DNA from: Eledone cirrhosa
Lineage: Eukaryota
Length of the DNA stretch: 64,000 bases
NCBI GenBank assembly: GCA_964016885.1
Contig: OZ024744.1
Span: 76,446,001 to 76,510,000, forward strand
Direction: 5' to 3'
Below the pieces are notes generated by a model, which worked only from the letters and a program-made list of their open reading frames with translations, was not told the DNA's origin and did no database searches. The translations under genes were made by a program, and so were the position numbers. Below are positions 48,645 through 63,244 of this stretch, one piece after another (position 1 is the stretch's first letter; every line of letters begins with the position of its first letter).

Positions 48645-48645
<1 letters not shown>
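45767..48645 (+). mobile_element. 5'-truncated Naiad-like Penelope element
   Basis: GGLYRDD, VNFLDITLNL, SNHP, CNCRDRSKCPLNNNC, YVGST and CDLC..CKH motifs; HHR-like ctgaaga near 48546. Confidence 0.9.
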
Positions 48646-48677
<32 letters not shown>

Positions 48678-48697
48678 CACGATAAATTAATGGAGCC

Positions 48698-49129
<432 letters not shown>

Positions 49130-49312
49130 GTTTCTATATATAGAAACGTTGAGTGCATTTGTATTTATTCAAAATTAGAAACTTCAACGCACGTCCCCCG
49201 GGCGGTGCTGTCAACATTTTTTCTGTCCTTGTGATTTTATGCTCAATTTGTTGGACTATTTTTCATAGTCAATAAAATACGCGCTTTCAAGCTTCTAACT
49301 TTAGAAAAGTAA

Positions 49313-49408
<96 letters not shown>

Positions 49409-49583
49409 CCTCTCCTCTCTCTCTCTCTATCTATCTATCTCTCTCTATATCTCTCTCTCTCTGTCTCCTTCTCTCTCTGTATATATATATATATAATATG
49501 TACATATATATGTATATATGTATATATATATATATTGTATATATATATATTCTATATATATATATATATATATATATAGATAT

Positions 49584-49818
49584 GTTTCTTTATTAGACAC
49601 AGGGGCACAAAAGAAAGGGACAAATACAAAGGGGGAAGTTTACATACAATAAAAACGTGTAAAATGTTATCACAAATGCAATTTAAAAAATTAGTCGATT
49701 TTCCCCAATAGGGAAGACTGTTCATATGGGTAACACATACCCCCGAAAAAATGTGAAACCCTCATCTCCAGGAGTACGAAGAGTTTGTACTCCTTTCCTC
49801 TCCTCCTCCTTTTCCTCA

Positions 49819-49819
<1 letters not shown>
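49584..49819 (-). mobile_element. Tx1 3'UTR-only insertion beside (GATA)n
   Basis: Homologous to 2378-2630. Confidence 0.85.
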
Positions 49820-49911
<92 letters not shown>

Positions 49912-49944
49912 CATTTATATATATGTATATATATATATATATAT

Positions 49945-51240
49945 ATTGGAATAAATGCTCTGAAATAGCGATATATATGTGAATATAGACATAGAATATT
50001 CGAAAATATTCTGTATGTTTATAATAAACATTTTGAAGACCTAATCGCTATAGAATAGAATACGTCACGTATTACAATTAGATTCTCGATAAAAGCAAGG
50101 GAAGTAATCTACGCGTTTCATTCTTATTAGAAATCTTCAGGACTACATATCCAGTGTTTTTATCGAGAATGACACAGCTAGAGACTTATAGAATACTTAG
50201 CCGTGTACAGGAACTGGTTTGAAAGTGCGGTTGCCGGTCCGGCAGAAATTAGAAATTGGAATAAATGCTCTGAAATAGCGATATATATGTGAATATAGAC
50301 ATAGAATATTCGAAAATATTCTGTATGTTTATAATAAACATTTTGAAGACCTAATCGCTATAGAATAGAATACGTCACGTATTACAATTAGATTCTCGAT
50401 AAAAGCAAGGGAAGTAATCTACGCGTTTCATTCTTATTAGAAATCTTCAGGACTACATATCCAGTGCTTTTATCGAGAATGACACAGCTAGAGACTTATA
50501 GAATACTTAGCCGTGTACAGGAACTGGTTTGAAAGAGCGGTTGCCGGTCCGGCAGAAATTAGAAATTGGAATAAATGCTCTGAAATAGCGATATATATGT
50601 GAATATAGACATAGAATATTCGAAAATATTCTGTATGTTTATAATAAACATTTTGAAGACCTAATCGCTATAGAATAGAATACGTCACGTATTACAATTA
50701 GATTCTCGATAAAAGCAAGGGAAGTAATCTACGCGTTTCATTCTTATTAGAAATCTTCAGGACTACATATCCAGTGCTTTTATCGAGAATGACACAGCTA
50801 GAGACTTATAGAATACTTAGCCGTGTACAGGAACTGGTTTGAAAGAGCGGTTGCCGGTCCGGCAGAAATTAGAAATTGGAATAAATGCTCTGAAATAGCG
50901 ATATATATGTGAATATAGACATAGAATATTCGAAAATATTCTGTATGTTTATAATAAACATTTTGAAGACCTAATCGCTATAGAATAGAATACGTCACGT
51001 ATTACAATTCCTGTACACGGCTAAGTATTCTATAAGTCTCTAGCTGTGTCATTCTCGATAAAAGCACTGGATATGTAGTCCTGAAGATTTCTAATAAGAA
51101 TGAAACGCGTAGATTACTTCCCTTGCTTTTATCGAGAATCTAATTGTAATACGTGACGTATTCTATTCTATAGCGATTAGGTCTTCAAAATGTTTATTAT
51201 AAACATACAGAATATTTTCGAATATTCTATGTCTATATTC
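49945..51240 (-). mobile_element. Retrozyme-like array: 3.4 near-identical 310-bp HHR units plus 232-bp inverted segment
   Basis: Units start at 49945, 50255, 50565 and 50875; inversion 51009-51240; flanked by (TA)n; no ORF. Confidence 0.88.
51075..51117 (+). ncRNA. Type I hammerhead ribozyme (minus-strand copies at 50104-50146, 50414-50456, 50724-50766)
   Basis: gtagtc-CTGAAGA-t-ttct-aata-agaa-t-GAAAC-gcGTA-gattac; stem I extended by attctcgataaaagca (51051-51066) / tgcttttatcgagaat (51124-51139). Confidence 0.9.
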
Positions 51241-51252
51241 ATATATATATAT

Positions 51253-51530
51253 ATATTAATAAAAGGAATTACAACTTTGTCTGATTTACTCGTTTTATTT
51301 ACAATCCTTTAAAATTTATAATGGTATTAGAATGAAATATTATGGTAGAATATTAAATGTTAAGTGTTAATTGAACAAGTATTTTCATGCTTTCGCAATC
51401 TTCAGGTTCATAATGTGTGGTGACAGTCAAGTTTGCAATTTTCAACTGACAGTTGAAAATCAGACAAAGTTGGAATTCCTTTTATTAATATAATCTTCTC
51501 TACACAATCATTCACACCCGTGTATATTTA
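51253..51530. mobile_element. Fold-back element (arms ~51253-51287 / 51457-51492) with minimal HHR-like core on the minus strand
   Basis: CTGAAGA-ttgc-GAAA near 51390-51405. Confidence 0.65.
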
Positions 51531-51566
51531 TCTATCCTATCTATCTATATATCTATCTATCTATAT

Positions 51567-51628
<62 letters not shown>

Positions 51629-51674
51629 TATATTTATTTATTTAGGTTTGTTGGTATATGTATATATATATATA

Positions 51675-52465
51675 TTTAATGATATTAAATAAATGGAAAC
51701 TATATTTATAAAACCATATTTATTCTATTATATATATTTCAAGAGTACCAACACTTTGGTACGCTCTCATCAGATAAAATACAAAGTTCGTTTTCATAAA
51801 TATTGACATATCCAGGAAGGAGATCTTAACGGTTCAAGTTTTTTCTGGATAGTAAATGAAAGAAGGGAAAGAGAAGAAAAGTCAAATATTTCAAATTATT
51901 AAGATGAGTATGCAAATGAGGTTGAGGTTTAGGGCTGAAAAAAAAGTTATTTTTAAACGCTAGGTAGATTTAAATAATTATTAGGATATATGTATGTATG
52001 TGTAGGAAGAAGAAAGAGAAAGAAAGAAGAGCTTGTATTTACGTTAATTTAAAAAGAATTAACAGTTTGTAGGAATGTTGGAATATGATTCCAGAATTTA
52101 AAAAAGTTATTTAGCTATATTATGAGTTATAATATTGTATATATAATCAATTAGATTATATGAAGAATTGTGGTTGTAAGTACATTTTATATTATTTCAT
52201 TACAACAGGTTGTAAGTATATAAATATCTATATAGATTAATAATTGTGCAAGTATAAGTATTATTGGTGATTTTATAGGAATAAACCACAAGTATTAATT
52301 GTTTATATTTCTCATATGAGACGTAGTTCAAGTTGTAAGAGTGAGAACAATTTGTAGATTCAAATATTTTGTTCCAACATTGAAAATGTTTTCAGAATAT
52401 TGTTAATTTAGCGAAGTTATATAGTTTATCATACAAGTTATCATGTCTATGTATATATATATCCG
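51675..52465 (-). mobile_element. Penelope pLTR/3'UTR fragment
   Basis: CTGATGAgagcgtacca..tggtactcttGAAAtatatata; tail related to 48590-48640 and 55110-55170. Confidence 0.7.
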
Positions 52466-52683
52466 GAATTACGTAATACTTAATAGCATATCGATCTTTG
52501 TTGTTAACTCTAGGTATATGTTCAATACTGTCATTACCCCCCCCCCCCCCGGATTCAGTAAAGAAGTACTATGCTTCTGGTTTAATTCCAGTTTGCATTG
52601 ATTAAAATGGTGTGTAGCGTGATGTGGCAGTACCATGCACGCGAAAACCACCTCGTGATGATGATGTATCAAAATAGTGATAC

Positions 52684-52930
52684 ATCATTATCATCATCAT
52701 CATCATCATCATCATCGTTTAACGTCCATCTTCCACGCTAGCATGGGTTCGACGGGAATAATCCAACTTTAGGCAAGATTGGTCGGGTGACCGTATCTCG
52801 CTCGTATGGGACTAAATCTAGCAGGTTTTCTGCAGCTAGATGCCCTTCCTAATACCAACTACTTTCACAGTTTGGACTAGGGGCCTTTTCACACGACCAC
52901 TTTACAGCGTGGACTGGGTGCTTTTTTTCT
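52684..52930 (-). mobile_element. RTE-related SINE/LINE 3' end with (TGA)n tail
   Basis: (cat)n-cgtttaacgtcc...gatgcccttcctaa; second copy at 63675-63812. Confidence 0.7.
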
Positions 52931-53418
52931 CGTGACACTTACAGTTAATAAAACGATCGACATAAACATAAATATATCCTTAATCCCGCATAAACGGCTG
53001 TTATTTCTAGCACCGGGAATGCGGGACGGCTAATTTGGCCTGGCTACACACGTGTCGTCAGACCTGCTAAATTTTTGATGTGGAATATACTAATTTTACT
53101 GGGTTCCTGTCGATAAGCACAGAAGATTTGGATATTTCACTTTTTATTTCATTTCCATTTCGATTCTCTTTATTTTTCAATTCACGTACCATCGTTGCGA
53201 AACATATTTAGGTTTCGAGGTTCAAATTCATCTACGGAGCGGGTTTGGATTTTGAAATTTAGATTTGTCCAGGAATCACGGCCTTTGCCAATATAAGCTT
53301 CTCTTTATTGACTTATATCGAGACAGACAAATTGTATTCACTTTAATTAGTTTATTTCATTAATAGCTAACTTTGTCTGTTGCAATGCAAACACGTTTTG
53401 TGTTTATCATATATTTTA

Positions 53419-53491
<73 letters not shown>

Positions 53492-53873
53492 GAGAAGAAA
53501 GAAGAATACTGCGTTGTTTGCACATGGGTTACATATGATAAAAATAGTCCTTCGTCAGTGATTTTCAAACCATCATTGATGAATGTATATATAGTATATT
53601 TGGCAATATGTCATATGTTTAATTAAAAACATTGCCTCAGCATGGCCTCTGCCGGATGGCTGGAACAAGTAAAAGAGTAAAAGAGTAACACCATTCGCTA
53701 TTAGTCTTAAAGCAGTGACTATGTCACTTACTTATTCTCGGCAAAAGCAAAGAAGAATGATCGACAGTCCTATTTCTGGCTCGTTAGCGTTTATTAAGAC
53801 CACTCACTCCTTTGTTTCTGCCGAGAGTTAAAGAAGCTGGCTTCTTAGAGAATTCCAGTAATATCTAAGAGTT

Positions 53874-53986
<113 letters not shown>

Positions 53987-54099
53987 TATATATATATAAT
54001 GGTCATACACCCTGAGACGATGGTTAAGAAGCCATTAACCACGATAGCCAAGAAAGCGAACAAGCTAAACGTATCAAACAAAATGATATATCATTGAAA

Positions 54100-54200
<101 letters not shown>

Positions 54201-54284
54201 ATAGCTCTGGTATCTTCTTCATATCCATGGACCGCTTGTCTGAACAATGTGGAACTTGCGTTTCGCTAATTTCTACCCGCCGAA

Positions 54285-54415
<131 letters not shown>

Positions 54416-54641
54416 TTTAAGTTGGGTGGTTCACCACTGGATAGAACTGTTCATTCCGTATAACCTACCATGATGTAATATTAGGAAAAGCACTCGGCGT
54501 TATAAAACTCGACCATCTTTGATATAGAATCTTGTTGGTGGTGCGAGAACGGAGTTAATTATTATTGAGGATTTTGAAGGAATTTGACCTGTCCAGCCTC
54601 CTCTCATTTTACTCAATAATATATATATATGTATATATATA

Positions 54642-54800
54642 TAGAAGTGGTTACACAACAGTTATTTCACCATATCGAAAACAATTGATTCACCTTAGCG
54701 GATCCTCAGCTCGTAAAGTTCTCGGTATGATGAACTAACTGTTGTGTAACCACTTCTACCTAACTCGTCCTAAGGACTGAGTGCTCTACCACTATCTCTC
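54642..54800. mobile_element. Fold-back element (~41-bp diverged arms) in (TA)n
   Basis: tagaagtggttacacaacagtta / taactgttgtgtaaccacttcta. Confidence 0.75.
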
Positions 54801-54817
54801 TCTATATATATATATAT

Positions 54818-55022
54818 AACGAAGGAAATGTGGTAAGGAACCAGGTGGACCATAACGCACCAAAGTACTCAATACCTAGGGTAGTAGAGTGGGTAATAGG
54901 AACGAATAAGACCCTGACGGCTGAGCTGAAGCCGTTTCGACGGCTAATTCTGGACTCAGAATTAGCCGTTCAGAATTAGCCGTCGAAACGGCTTGAGCTC
55001 AGCCGTCGGGGTCCTACTCGTT

Positions 55023-55027
<5 letters not shown>
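54818..55027. mobile_element. Hairpin mini-element, copy 2
   Basis: Same family as 45313-45507. Confidence 0.88.
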
Positions 55028-55079
<52 letters not shown>

Positions 55080-55220
55080 CACAGTATATATATTCAGTAT
55101 ATATATATACGATATTAAACAAATGGAAACTATATTTATAAAACCCTATTTATTTCATTATACATATTTCGGGGATACCATATTAAAAATATGGCATGCA
55201 ACAATTTTAAATAAAACCTT

Positions 55221-55269
<49 letters not shown>

Positions 55270-55291
55270 TGATTATATATATATATGTATG

Positions 55292-55419
<128 letters not shown>

Positions 55420-56844
55420 AGTGTGTGTATACATATATGTATAAGAGAGAGAGAGTGGAAGACAGAGGGAGAATAGTTGATATTTGAAAATGCAAAAATG
55501 CACCTAATGCACGTCTCTCCTTCCCTCATTGTCATATTGTATCCAACCACCCAGGACCCGCATTGGCCATTATGCCCAATTCTTCTTGTCTAGAACGACG
55601 TCCTCTTTGTAATTCCCTCTCCTAGTTTCTTTAGAAAATGTGTCTCGACTTGCTGCAATAGTAGTAAAAACATTATCGGGATCAATGTCTTAGAGTCAGA
55701 TTTCAAATAATAATATTTCATTTTCTATGAAGTTCTCGAAACTAAACATTTTGTATCTATGCCAACTAGAAACACATGTAACAAAATAAACTAGGCTGTA
55801 TAAAAAGATATTTGTTAAATCTTTATCCGATATTGAATTCTCTCTACAATTGTGAATATTCACCCAGCTATAGACAATAACCTCCTTACCGATTGCAGAT
55901 TTAAACGTTCACTTATTTCGAAGAATTGGCAATATGTTAACTAAGAGTAGATAGTTTTTTTTTATATTCAAACACTATAGTAGAATATTTGCCCGAAACG
56001 CATCCATTGCTGTTATCGCAACAGCAGCACAAATGTAAATTTGAGTATAAAGCTTTGAAAAGCTACCCATAGCGAAACCGGCCAGTACAAAAACTAATTA
56101 GAGTACTATGATTATTTCTGCAAATACAACTATTGCAATATATATATTGCACATTCCGATTGCATTCGTTAGCATGGCTGTAGCCAGACTTCGATTCTAC
56201 TGAACTTCCATGTGCATTATTATCTCCCAGACTTAATGATTAATTGATTAATTTAATTAGACAATTCTATTGATTGGTTAATTATTTATGTTTTAATAAC
56301 GTCTGGTCGAGAGCTTTATTCGGTTTGTGGAAAGGAATTTATTCCTTTGTTCAAAATTTGAATTTCGACCGCCAAAACCTCACCTTTGGGAAAACCACGT
56401 GACCGCCAGCAGTCTTACTGCTATAACTCACACCCGACAGCGGCATTGAACGTAAACTTGTTGAGAAAGTGAACCCTCTGATCGATCTTCAAAAACCAAT
56501 AACTTTCACACCCGCAAGTGGATTTGTTGATTTCGGATTTACAGAAACCTACCGGGGATATTGCTTAATATCGACAGGATGGTACAGGTTTGTCAAATTA
56601 TCCTGAGTTGGTTTTCTCGTTGCTTTGGTCCTTGTGGCTGGCTCAACGGTCGCAGACTTCAATTTGTCAAGCTGTCTAAACGCAACGTTATTACTCTAAG
56701 ATAAAATTACCTTATTGAGTACTTAGCTGCACATTCCGGATTGCATTTTTTAGTATGGCCGCAGCCAGAGCTTCGATACTTTACTTTATTTTATATGTCT
56801 TATTCCATATTATCTTTATAAATATTTTCATTATCTCATCTATA

Positions 56845-56966
56845 GTTCTGAAGAGCTGTTCCATAACATTACTTAAGTTACTTATCTTCCTCTGAATCAG
56901 ATCAATAACGATCTAATAATCAATTGATCCAGAAACATTATATGGAGTAGCGAAACAATTGTAAAC
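56845..56966 (+). ncRNA. Type I HHR with a large stem II loop insertion
   Basis: gtt-CTGAAGA-gctgttccata...tatggagtagc-GAAAC-aattGTA-aac. Confidence 0.7.
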
Positions 56967-57303
56967 AGACATTATTATTCTTTACATTAAACTACAATTA
57001 CACTCTTTATTCCTTACATTAAACTGCAACTATGCTTTAACTAATGTTTTCCATGTGAATTTTGAGGTCTTGTTTCGCTTAACTAATGAATATTTCCAGC
57101 TCTGTGCACCTAATCTCTGCATGAACCCGGTTCTCTAGCTGCCTCCCACTGCATATTGCACATCGAGCACAAGCCTTTACGCTTTTGGCTTCTAACATCT
57201 CACCAATCTCTCTTCTCCACTCCTATATCCATCTCTCTATTTAAGATTGGTTTACTCTTGAACTGTGTGTGTGTATATATATAATCATATATATATATAT
57301 ATA

Positions 57304-57408
<105 letters not shown>

Positions 57409-57428
57409 ATCATATACATATATATATA

Positions 57429-57488
<60 letters not shown>

Positions 57489-57676
57489 TATACGATATAT
57501 ACGATATATATATGATATATTATACGTATATATATTACGTATATATGATATATTTTGTATTAACTAATTTCTTTTCGTTGTGTACTGTAAATTTGCATGT
57601 AACATACACAAATAATTAGGTGCATCTTAAAATCTTGGTTATTTCTCATATATATATATATATATACATTTTAATC

Positions 57677-57830
57677 ACTAAATAGCGAGCCTTGTTACTC
57701 TGGAGTTTTGACTGTTTATCACAGGGTCGCCAGACCTGTGTTAATGAAGCGAAACTCCAGAGTGACGATCCCCACTATTTAGCCGTAATATAATTAATAT
57801 TAAAACTCTACTTCGGTATCACATACGGAT
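57677..57830. mobile_element. Diverged fold-back element centred on a stem upstream of GAAAC
   Basis: ctaaatag..actctggagttt / gaaactccagagt..ctatttag. Confidence 0.6.
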
Positions 57831-57848
57831 ACACACACACACACACAG

Positions 57849-57962
<114 letters not shown>

Positions 57963-58068
57963 ATAGTTGTAATAAATTACTATATTTATATAATTATATA
58001 TAGCTAAGGGTGAAAGCAGCGATTCTTTGCTGAAACTTTAATCTGTTATTATAATATATATATATACG

Positions 58069-58428
58069 CAGTGTAGCCCAGGAATTCGCCATCCCGGTTA
58101 ATCACGGAATTTTCCTTAGAAGAACATAACTAATAATTGTTCGTGGAAACCGCATATTCACGAAATCGTAATTATCTTCCGCGAATTTTATTATGGCTTT
58201 TTCGTGGCAATATGTTTTTTGACGCTAAATTATCAATAACAGCATACTGCATTTGCCGGACTATTAGACACTCCGTCGCATAAGACTCTCCCTTTTTTTT
58301 TAAATTATATTTTACGTTACATTTTCACATTTATGGGCATTTTTATGGATCACGTCCAATATTCACGGATTTTCACTCTCCGTGGGTGCCCTAGTAAAGC
58401 AACCCCCTCGAATACCCGGGGACTACTG
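58069..58428. mobile_element. Probable pogo/Tigger-type MITE
   Basis: Degenerate TIRs cagtgtagcccaggaattcg / cgaatacccggggactactg-TA. Confidence 0.5.
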
Positions 58429-58489
<61 letters not shown>

Positions 58490-58571
58490 ATGGACCTGTT
58501 ATTTTTAACTATAGACATATTTTCAAATTCCATCCCACCCGTCCCCTCAATCTATCTTATTTCTCATTCTT

Positions 58572-58607
58572 TCTTCTGATGAAAGACTAGCGTCCGAAAC
58601 GTTAAGA
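58572..58607 (+). ncRNA. Minimal HHR in a pLTR fragment
   Basis: CTGATGA-aa-gac-tagc-gtc-c-GAAAC-gtta; stem I short. Confidence 0.6.
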
Positions 58608-58691
58608 CACTCTTCCTGCTATATCAAGCGTTAACCTAATATATAGCTTCCATATACTGTACTGATTGTGTTGTTATTTCTGTTTACCTTT

Positions 58692-58744
<53 letters not shown>

Positions 58745-58754
58745 GTGTGTATAA

Positions 58755-59109
58755 TGGTAGCTATGGAGCTTCTATAGGCGGTATGCCAGAATTAGCACTC
58801 AATATTGTTACAGAGCAGAGTGTGAATAGTATAAAAAACGAAAAATCAGTGATGCATCTGGACTCAGTTTATTGCGGGTTGCAATTGTTTCGCCGGCAGG
58901 TAGCTCGAGACATGATCACTGTATGGATGTGGCTGATTCTACGGCTGCAGGTTCCTTCGGACCGAAAGAATTGCATGTGTCCGAAGGAACCTGCAGCCGT
59001 AGAATCAGCCAGATCCATACAGTGATCATGTCTCGAGCTGCCTGCCGGCGAAACAATTGTAACACGCAATAAACTGAGTCCAGATGCATCACTGATTTTT
59101 CGTTTTTTA

Positions 59110-59115
<6 letters not shown>
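58755..59115. mobile_element. Large fold-back element, 137-bp arms (58826-58962 / 58979-59115), variant HHR
   Basis: Near-perfect palindrome; gtgt-CCGAAGG...GAAAC-aattGTA-acac then AATAAA. Confidence 0.85.
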
Positions 59116-59157
<42 letters not shown>

Positions 59158-59168
59158 ATATATATATA

Positions 59169-61250
59169 GTAATGGCTTGCATTACCCGTATAGAAAGCCG
59201 AATGATACGCTTAATTACATAAGTAAGCATTCTAACCATCCTGCCAGCATAACCAAGAACCTGGTAAGAAACGTTTCTTTGAGGCTTTCCCGTCTATCTA
59301 CTAACGAGCATATTTTCAACGTCCATTCCATATATTACAATGAAGCTCTTGCGTGGAGTGGATTTGTCGATAAGGTAGCATATACTGAGTAAGAGAATAG
59401 ACCTAGAAGAAATAGATCCCGACGCATTATATGGTATAACCCACCATATAATATGGAGGTGGCCACACCATTAGCTAAGATCTTTCTTTCCCTTATTACG
59501 AAGCATTTTTCCCCTACACATAAATATAGTAAAATTTTTAATAGAAATACAATTAAAATTTCTTACTCTACGCCTCCTAACCTTGCACATAACATCACAG
59601 CTTCAAATTTAGCTAAACTACCTAGCCGTAGGAACACGTGTAACCCTGTAGTTAGTACTAACTGTAATTGTAGGAATCGGGTTGACTGCGCCTATCCGAG
59701 AAATGCCTCTCTAATAACATTGTCTACAAATGTAAGGTTGAAACACCCACGTCTCGTAGGCCTACATAGGGTTAACCGCCAATAGATTCAAGCAGCGTCT
59801 TTACATGCATACCCATTCTTTTCGTAACCCTTTAATAAGGAATATGACGTCACTTTCAGCTTATATCTAGAGTCTAAAAGACAACCACACCAAATATAAG
59901 TTACACTGGGAGATCCTAGCTAAGGCTAGATCGTATAACGGAAATAAATAACCATGTGCCCTCTGCGCCGCTGAGGCCCTGCAAATACTCTACGCCAAAG
60001 ACCACATCTTAAACAAAAAATCTGAGGCAATTTCGGCTTGTAAACATAAATTGCACAAAACTTTCCTGTATTACAGCCCAACATTATACCCTAACGGATA
60101 GTACGAACTATACGCGGATATTTTACGTCTTGATGTGGTAGTTAAGTATATGTTATGTTTATACCATTACTTATATGTATAGGTAAGTATATATTACCTG
60201 TATGTTTTGTGAAGGTACGTATACTTTCTCGTATGTATATTTGATTGTATATGTTATGGCGTATATATTATATATTCTGGTACATATGTTTTTGGTTAAT
60301 GTGTATGCGTGAGTTTTGCGTCTGTGTGAGTATGCGGGTTCGTATGTATGTAGGGTGTGTGTATATGTGTACTTTGTGTTTTGGTTGACGTACGTCTCCG
60401 AACATATGTGTATTTACATGTAGGTATGTGTGTGCGCTTGTTATATACGTATTTATTTATTTATATACGTTTATTTAATTATATGTATACACGCACACAC
60501 ACACACACACACACATACACACATATATATATATTTTTTTAAATATATATTTTTATGTGTATACATTCGTATGTGTATACATTCGTATGCGTGTGGGTAC
60601 AGGTGTTGCGTGGGTTCTGTATGTGCGTGCGGGTTTTTTTTTGGTTTTTCTTCGTGTACGTGCGTGTATTTGTATACCTATGGCGTGTTTTCGCGTATGC
60701 TTGTGTATGTACATGGATGTATATGGATGCGTGTATGTATTTATTTAATTTCAATTACCTCTGTATTTTATTTACTTTATTCTTAACTCTGAAGCTGAGA
60801 ATCATTCGGTTTCCTAGTTAGAATTTTAGTCTACGACTTCAGTTATACCATATACGTGGTTTTGTCTTTGCGTGCAATTGTTCTCCACGCTCCACATAAT
60901 GACGTATTAACTTCGTTTTTTTTTCGTTCATTGCCAGAGAACGTCTCTATGAAGCACCTAATAGAATATTAGTCTACGACTTCTTTTATACCATAAACGT
61001 GGTTTTGTCTTTGCGTGTAATTGTTTTTCACCGCTCCAAATAATGACGTATTATATTCGTTTTTTCCCGTTCTTTGCCAGGGAACGTTTCCACAAACAAA
61101 GTATCGTTTTCGTGTCTTCCTCCGGTTGCAACGTTTTTTGAAATATTTACTTCTGTGTTCACAGATTGACTTTGTTAGTTTCAGAAGATCCCGTTAAGGG
61201 TGAAAGCAGCGATTCTTTGCTTAAACTTTAATCTGTTATTTTAATAAATA

Positions 61251-61252
<2 letters not shown>
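59169..61252 (+). mobile_element. 5'-truncated Naiad-like Penelope element
   Basis: HYPYRKPN..SNHP, IIWYNPP, CNCRN and CALC..CKH motifs; HHR-like CAGAAGA-tccc-gttaa-gggt-GAAA at 61182-61205. Confidence 0.88.
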
Positions 61253-61328
<76 letters not shown>

Positions 61329-61627
61329 ACACACACACACACATATATATAAACATATGACACGCATATATATGTATGGACGTACGTGTATTTATGTATA
61401 TGTATCAATGCAGGTGTGTGTGCGCGTGTCAATGGTTTTCTGTGATTATTCATTTGTTTACTTATTAAATCTTTTTTTTTTTTTGCTGTATTTAAGCTAA
61501 AAGATAAACTAAAATATTTGGCATATATGTTGTCTCACTTTCTCTAAAATGTCCTTGAAATGTTTATTGGACCTTTTTCACAGAAGCTTGAATGTTCTCT
61601 GGACTAACATAGGCTTATCAATTTAGA

Positions 61628-61712
<85 letters not shown>

Positions 61713-62377
61713 AATATATAATTATATATATATATATATAATTATATATATATGTATATATGAATATATATATATACAACGCACACACACACGCACACAT
61801 ATATATATATACACATAGATACATACATATATATATATATATATATATTATTATTATTTTTTTTTTTATTTTATTTTTTTTTAGAATTTAAATAAAATGG
61901 TCTCTGGTGGCGGAGAAGTAGAATGAGCACCCATGACCTTTGCAGGTCCTCGCAGACTGGTGAGATTGAAGTTCAACTTGAACTAAAAGTCTGGTTGGTG
62001 TCTGGATAGTCTAAAACATCAACATCAACAACAACAACAACAACAACAAATAGTGGGTGACAAGAGGAAGGGTTACACTGTGTCACTGCTCTGGGTGGGG
62101 GGTGGGGGGAAGAAAGGATTGGTTGGATGTAGTGTTAAAAGCTAAAATGTTGGTTGAAGGGGGTGAAATGGAATAGGGGTGGGGGTGGGATGGGTCTGGA
62201 AGTTGACACCAAGTAAGGGTGACAGGCAGGAGGATGAGAGATGTGTGGGTGGGTGGGAGAGGAAAAAGAGCTGGTTTGGTTCAGGTGATGGTGGTATGTA
62301 GATATTTAGGTGTGTATGTGTGTATGTGTGGGTGAATGTGTGAGTGAGTGATGGGGCATGTTAGTAAAGAATGAAGA

Positions 62378-62434
<57 letters not shown>

Positions 62435-62484
62435 GGGCTGAGAGAGAGATAGAGGCAAGAGAGAGAGAGACAGACAGAGAGAAA

Positions 62485-62516
<32 letters not shown>

Positions 62517-62807
62517 AATAATTGTTTCTACTTTTTGGCACAAGGCCAGCAATTACCCAGTACATTAGAAAGAAATAATGAAAGAAAGAAAGACAGAGAG
62601 AGAGAGAGAGAGGAACCAGAACATCCATATCTGTAATTGAGACGTTTATAAGTCTATTGGTGATTGAAAAAGATTTGCTGGAATCATGTCATCATAGAGG
62701 CTATGACCTCAGGCTGGTAACAGTGAAGAAATAAATAAAGTAAATGAGTGCAACTCTCTCACTCTCATATACGTATACATGTTTATGTGCGTGTGTATGT
62801 ATATATA

Positions 62808-62859
<52 letters not shown>

Positions 62860-62863
<4 letters not shown>

Positions 62864-63037
62864 AACAAGTAAGACCCCGGCGGCTGAGCTCAAGCCGTTT
62901 CGACGAATTAGCCGTCGAAACGGCTTGAGCTCAGCCGTCGGGGTCTTACTTGTTCCTATTACCCACTCTACTACCCTAAGTATTGAGTACTTTGGTACGT
63001 TATGGTTCACCTGGTTCCTTACCACATTTCCTTCGTT
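62860..63037. mobile_element. Hairpin mini-element, copy 3 (opposite orientation)
   Basis: Same family as 45313-45507. Confidence 0.88.
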
Positions 63038-63162
63038 ATATTCCTGTAGAAGCTCCTTCTATAAAATAAAAAAGCTCCTTCTATAAAATAAAAAATGTTT
63101 ACTCTGCCATGTATTGAGTACCTTACTTACTGTGGTTATCCCCGACTCAACCCGGGACCTAC

Positions 63163-63244
<82 letters not shown>

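Noticed and set aside
55495-56800. Unassigned region with a ~55-bp repeat (56148 / 56728) and pLTR-like cgaaac motifs
   Set aside because: Too degenerate to classify by eye.
58869-59072. Mirror-image ORF pair
   Set aside because: A by-product of the palindrome.
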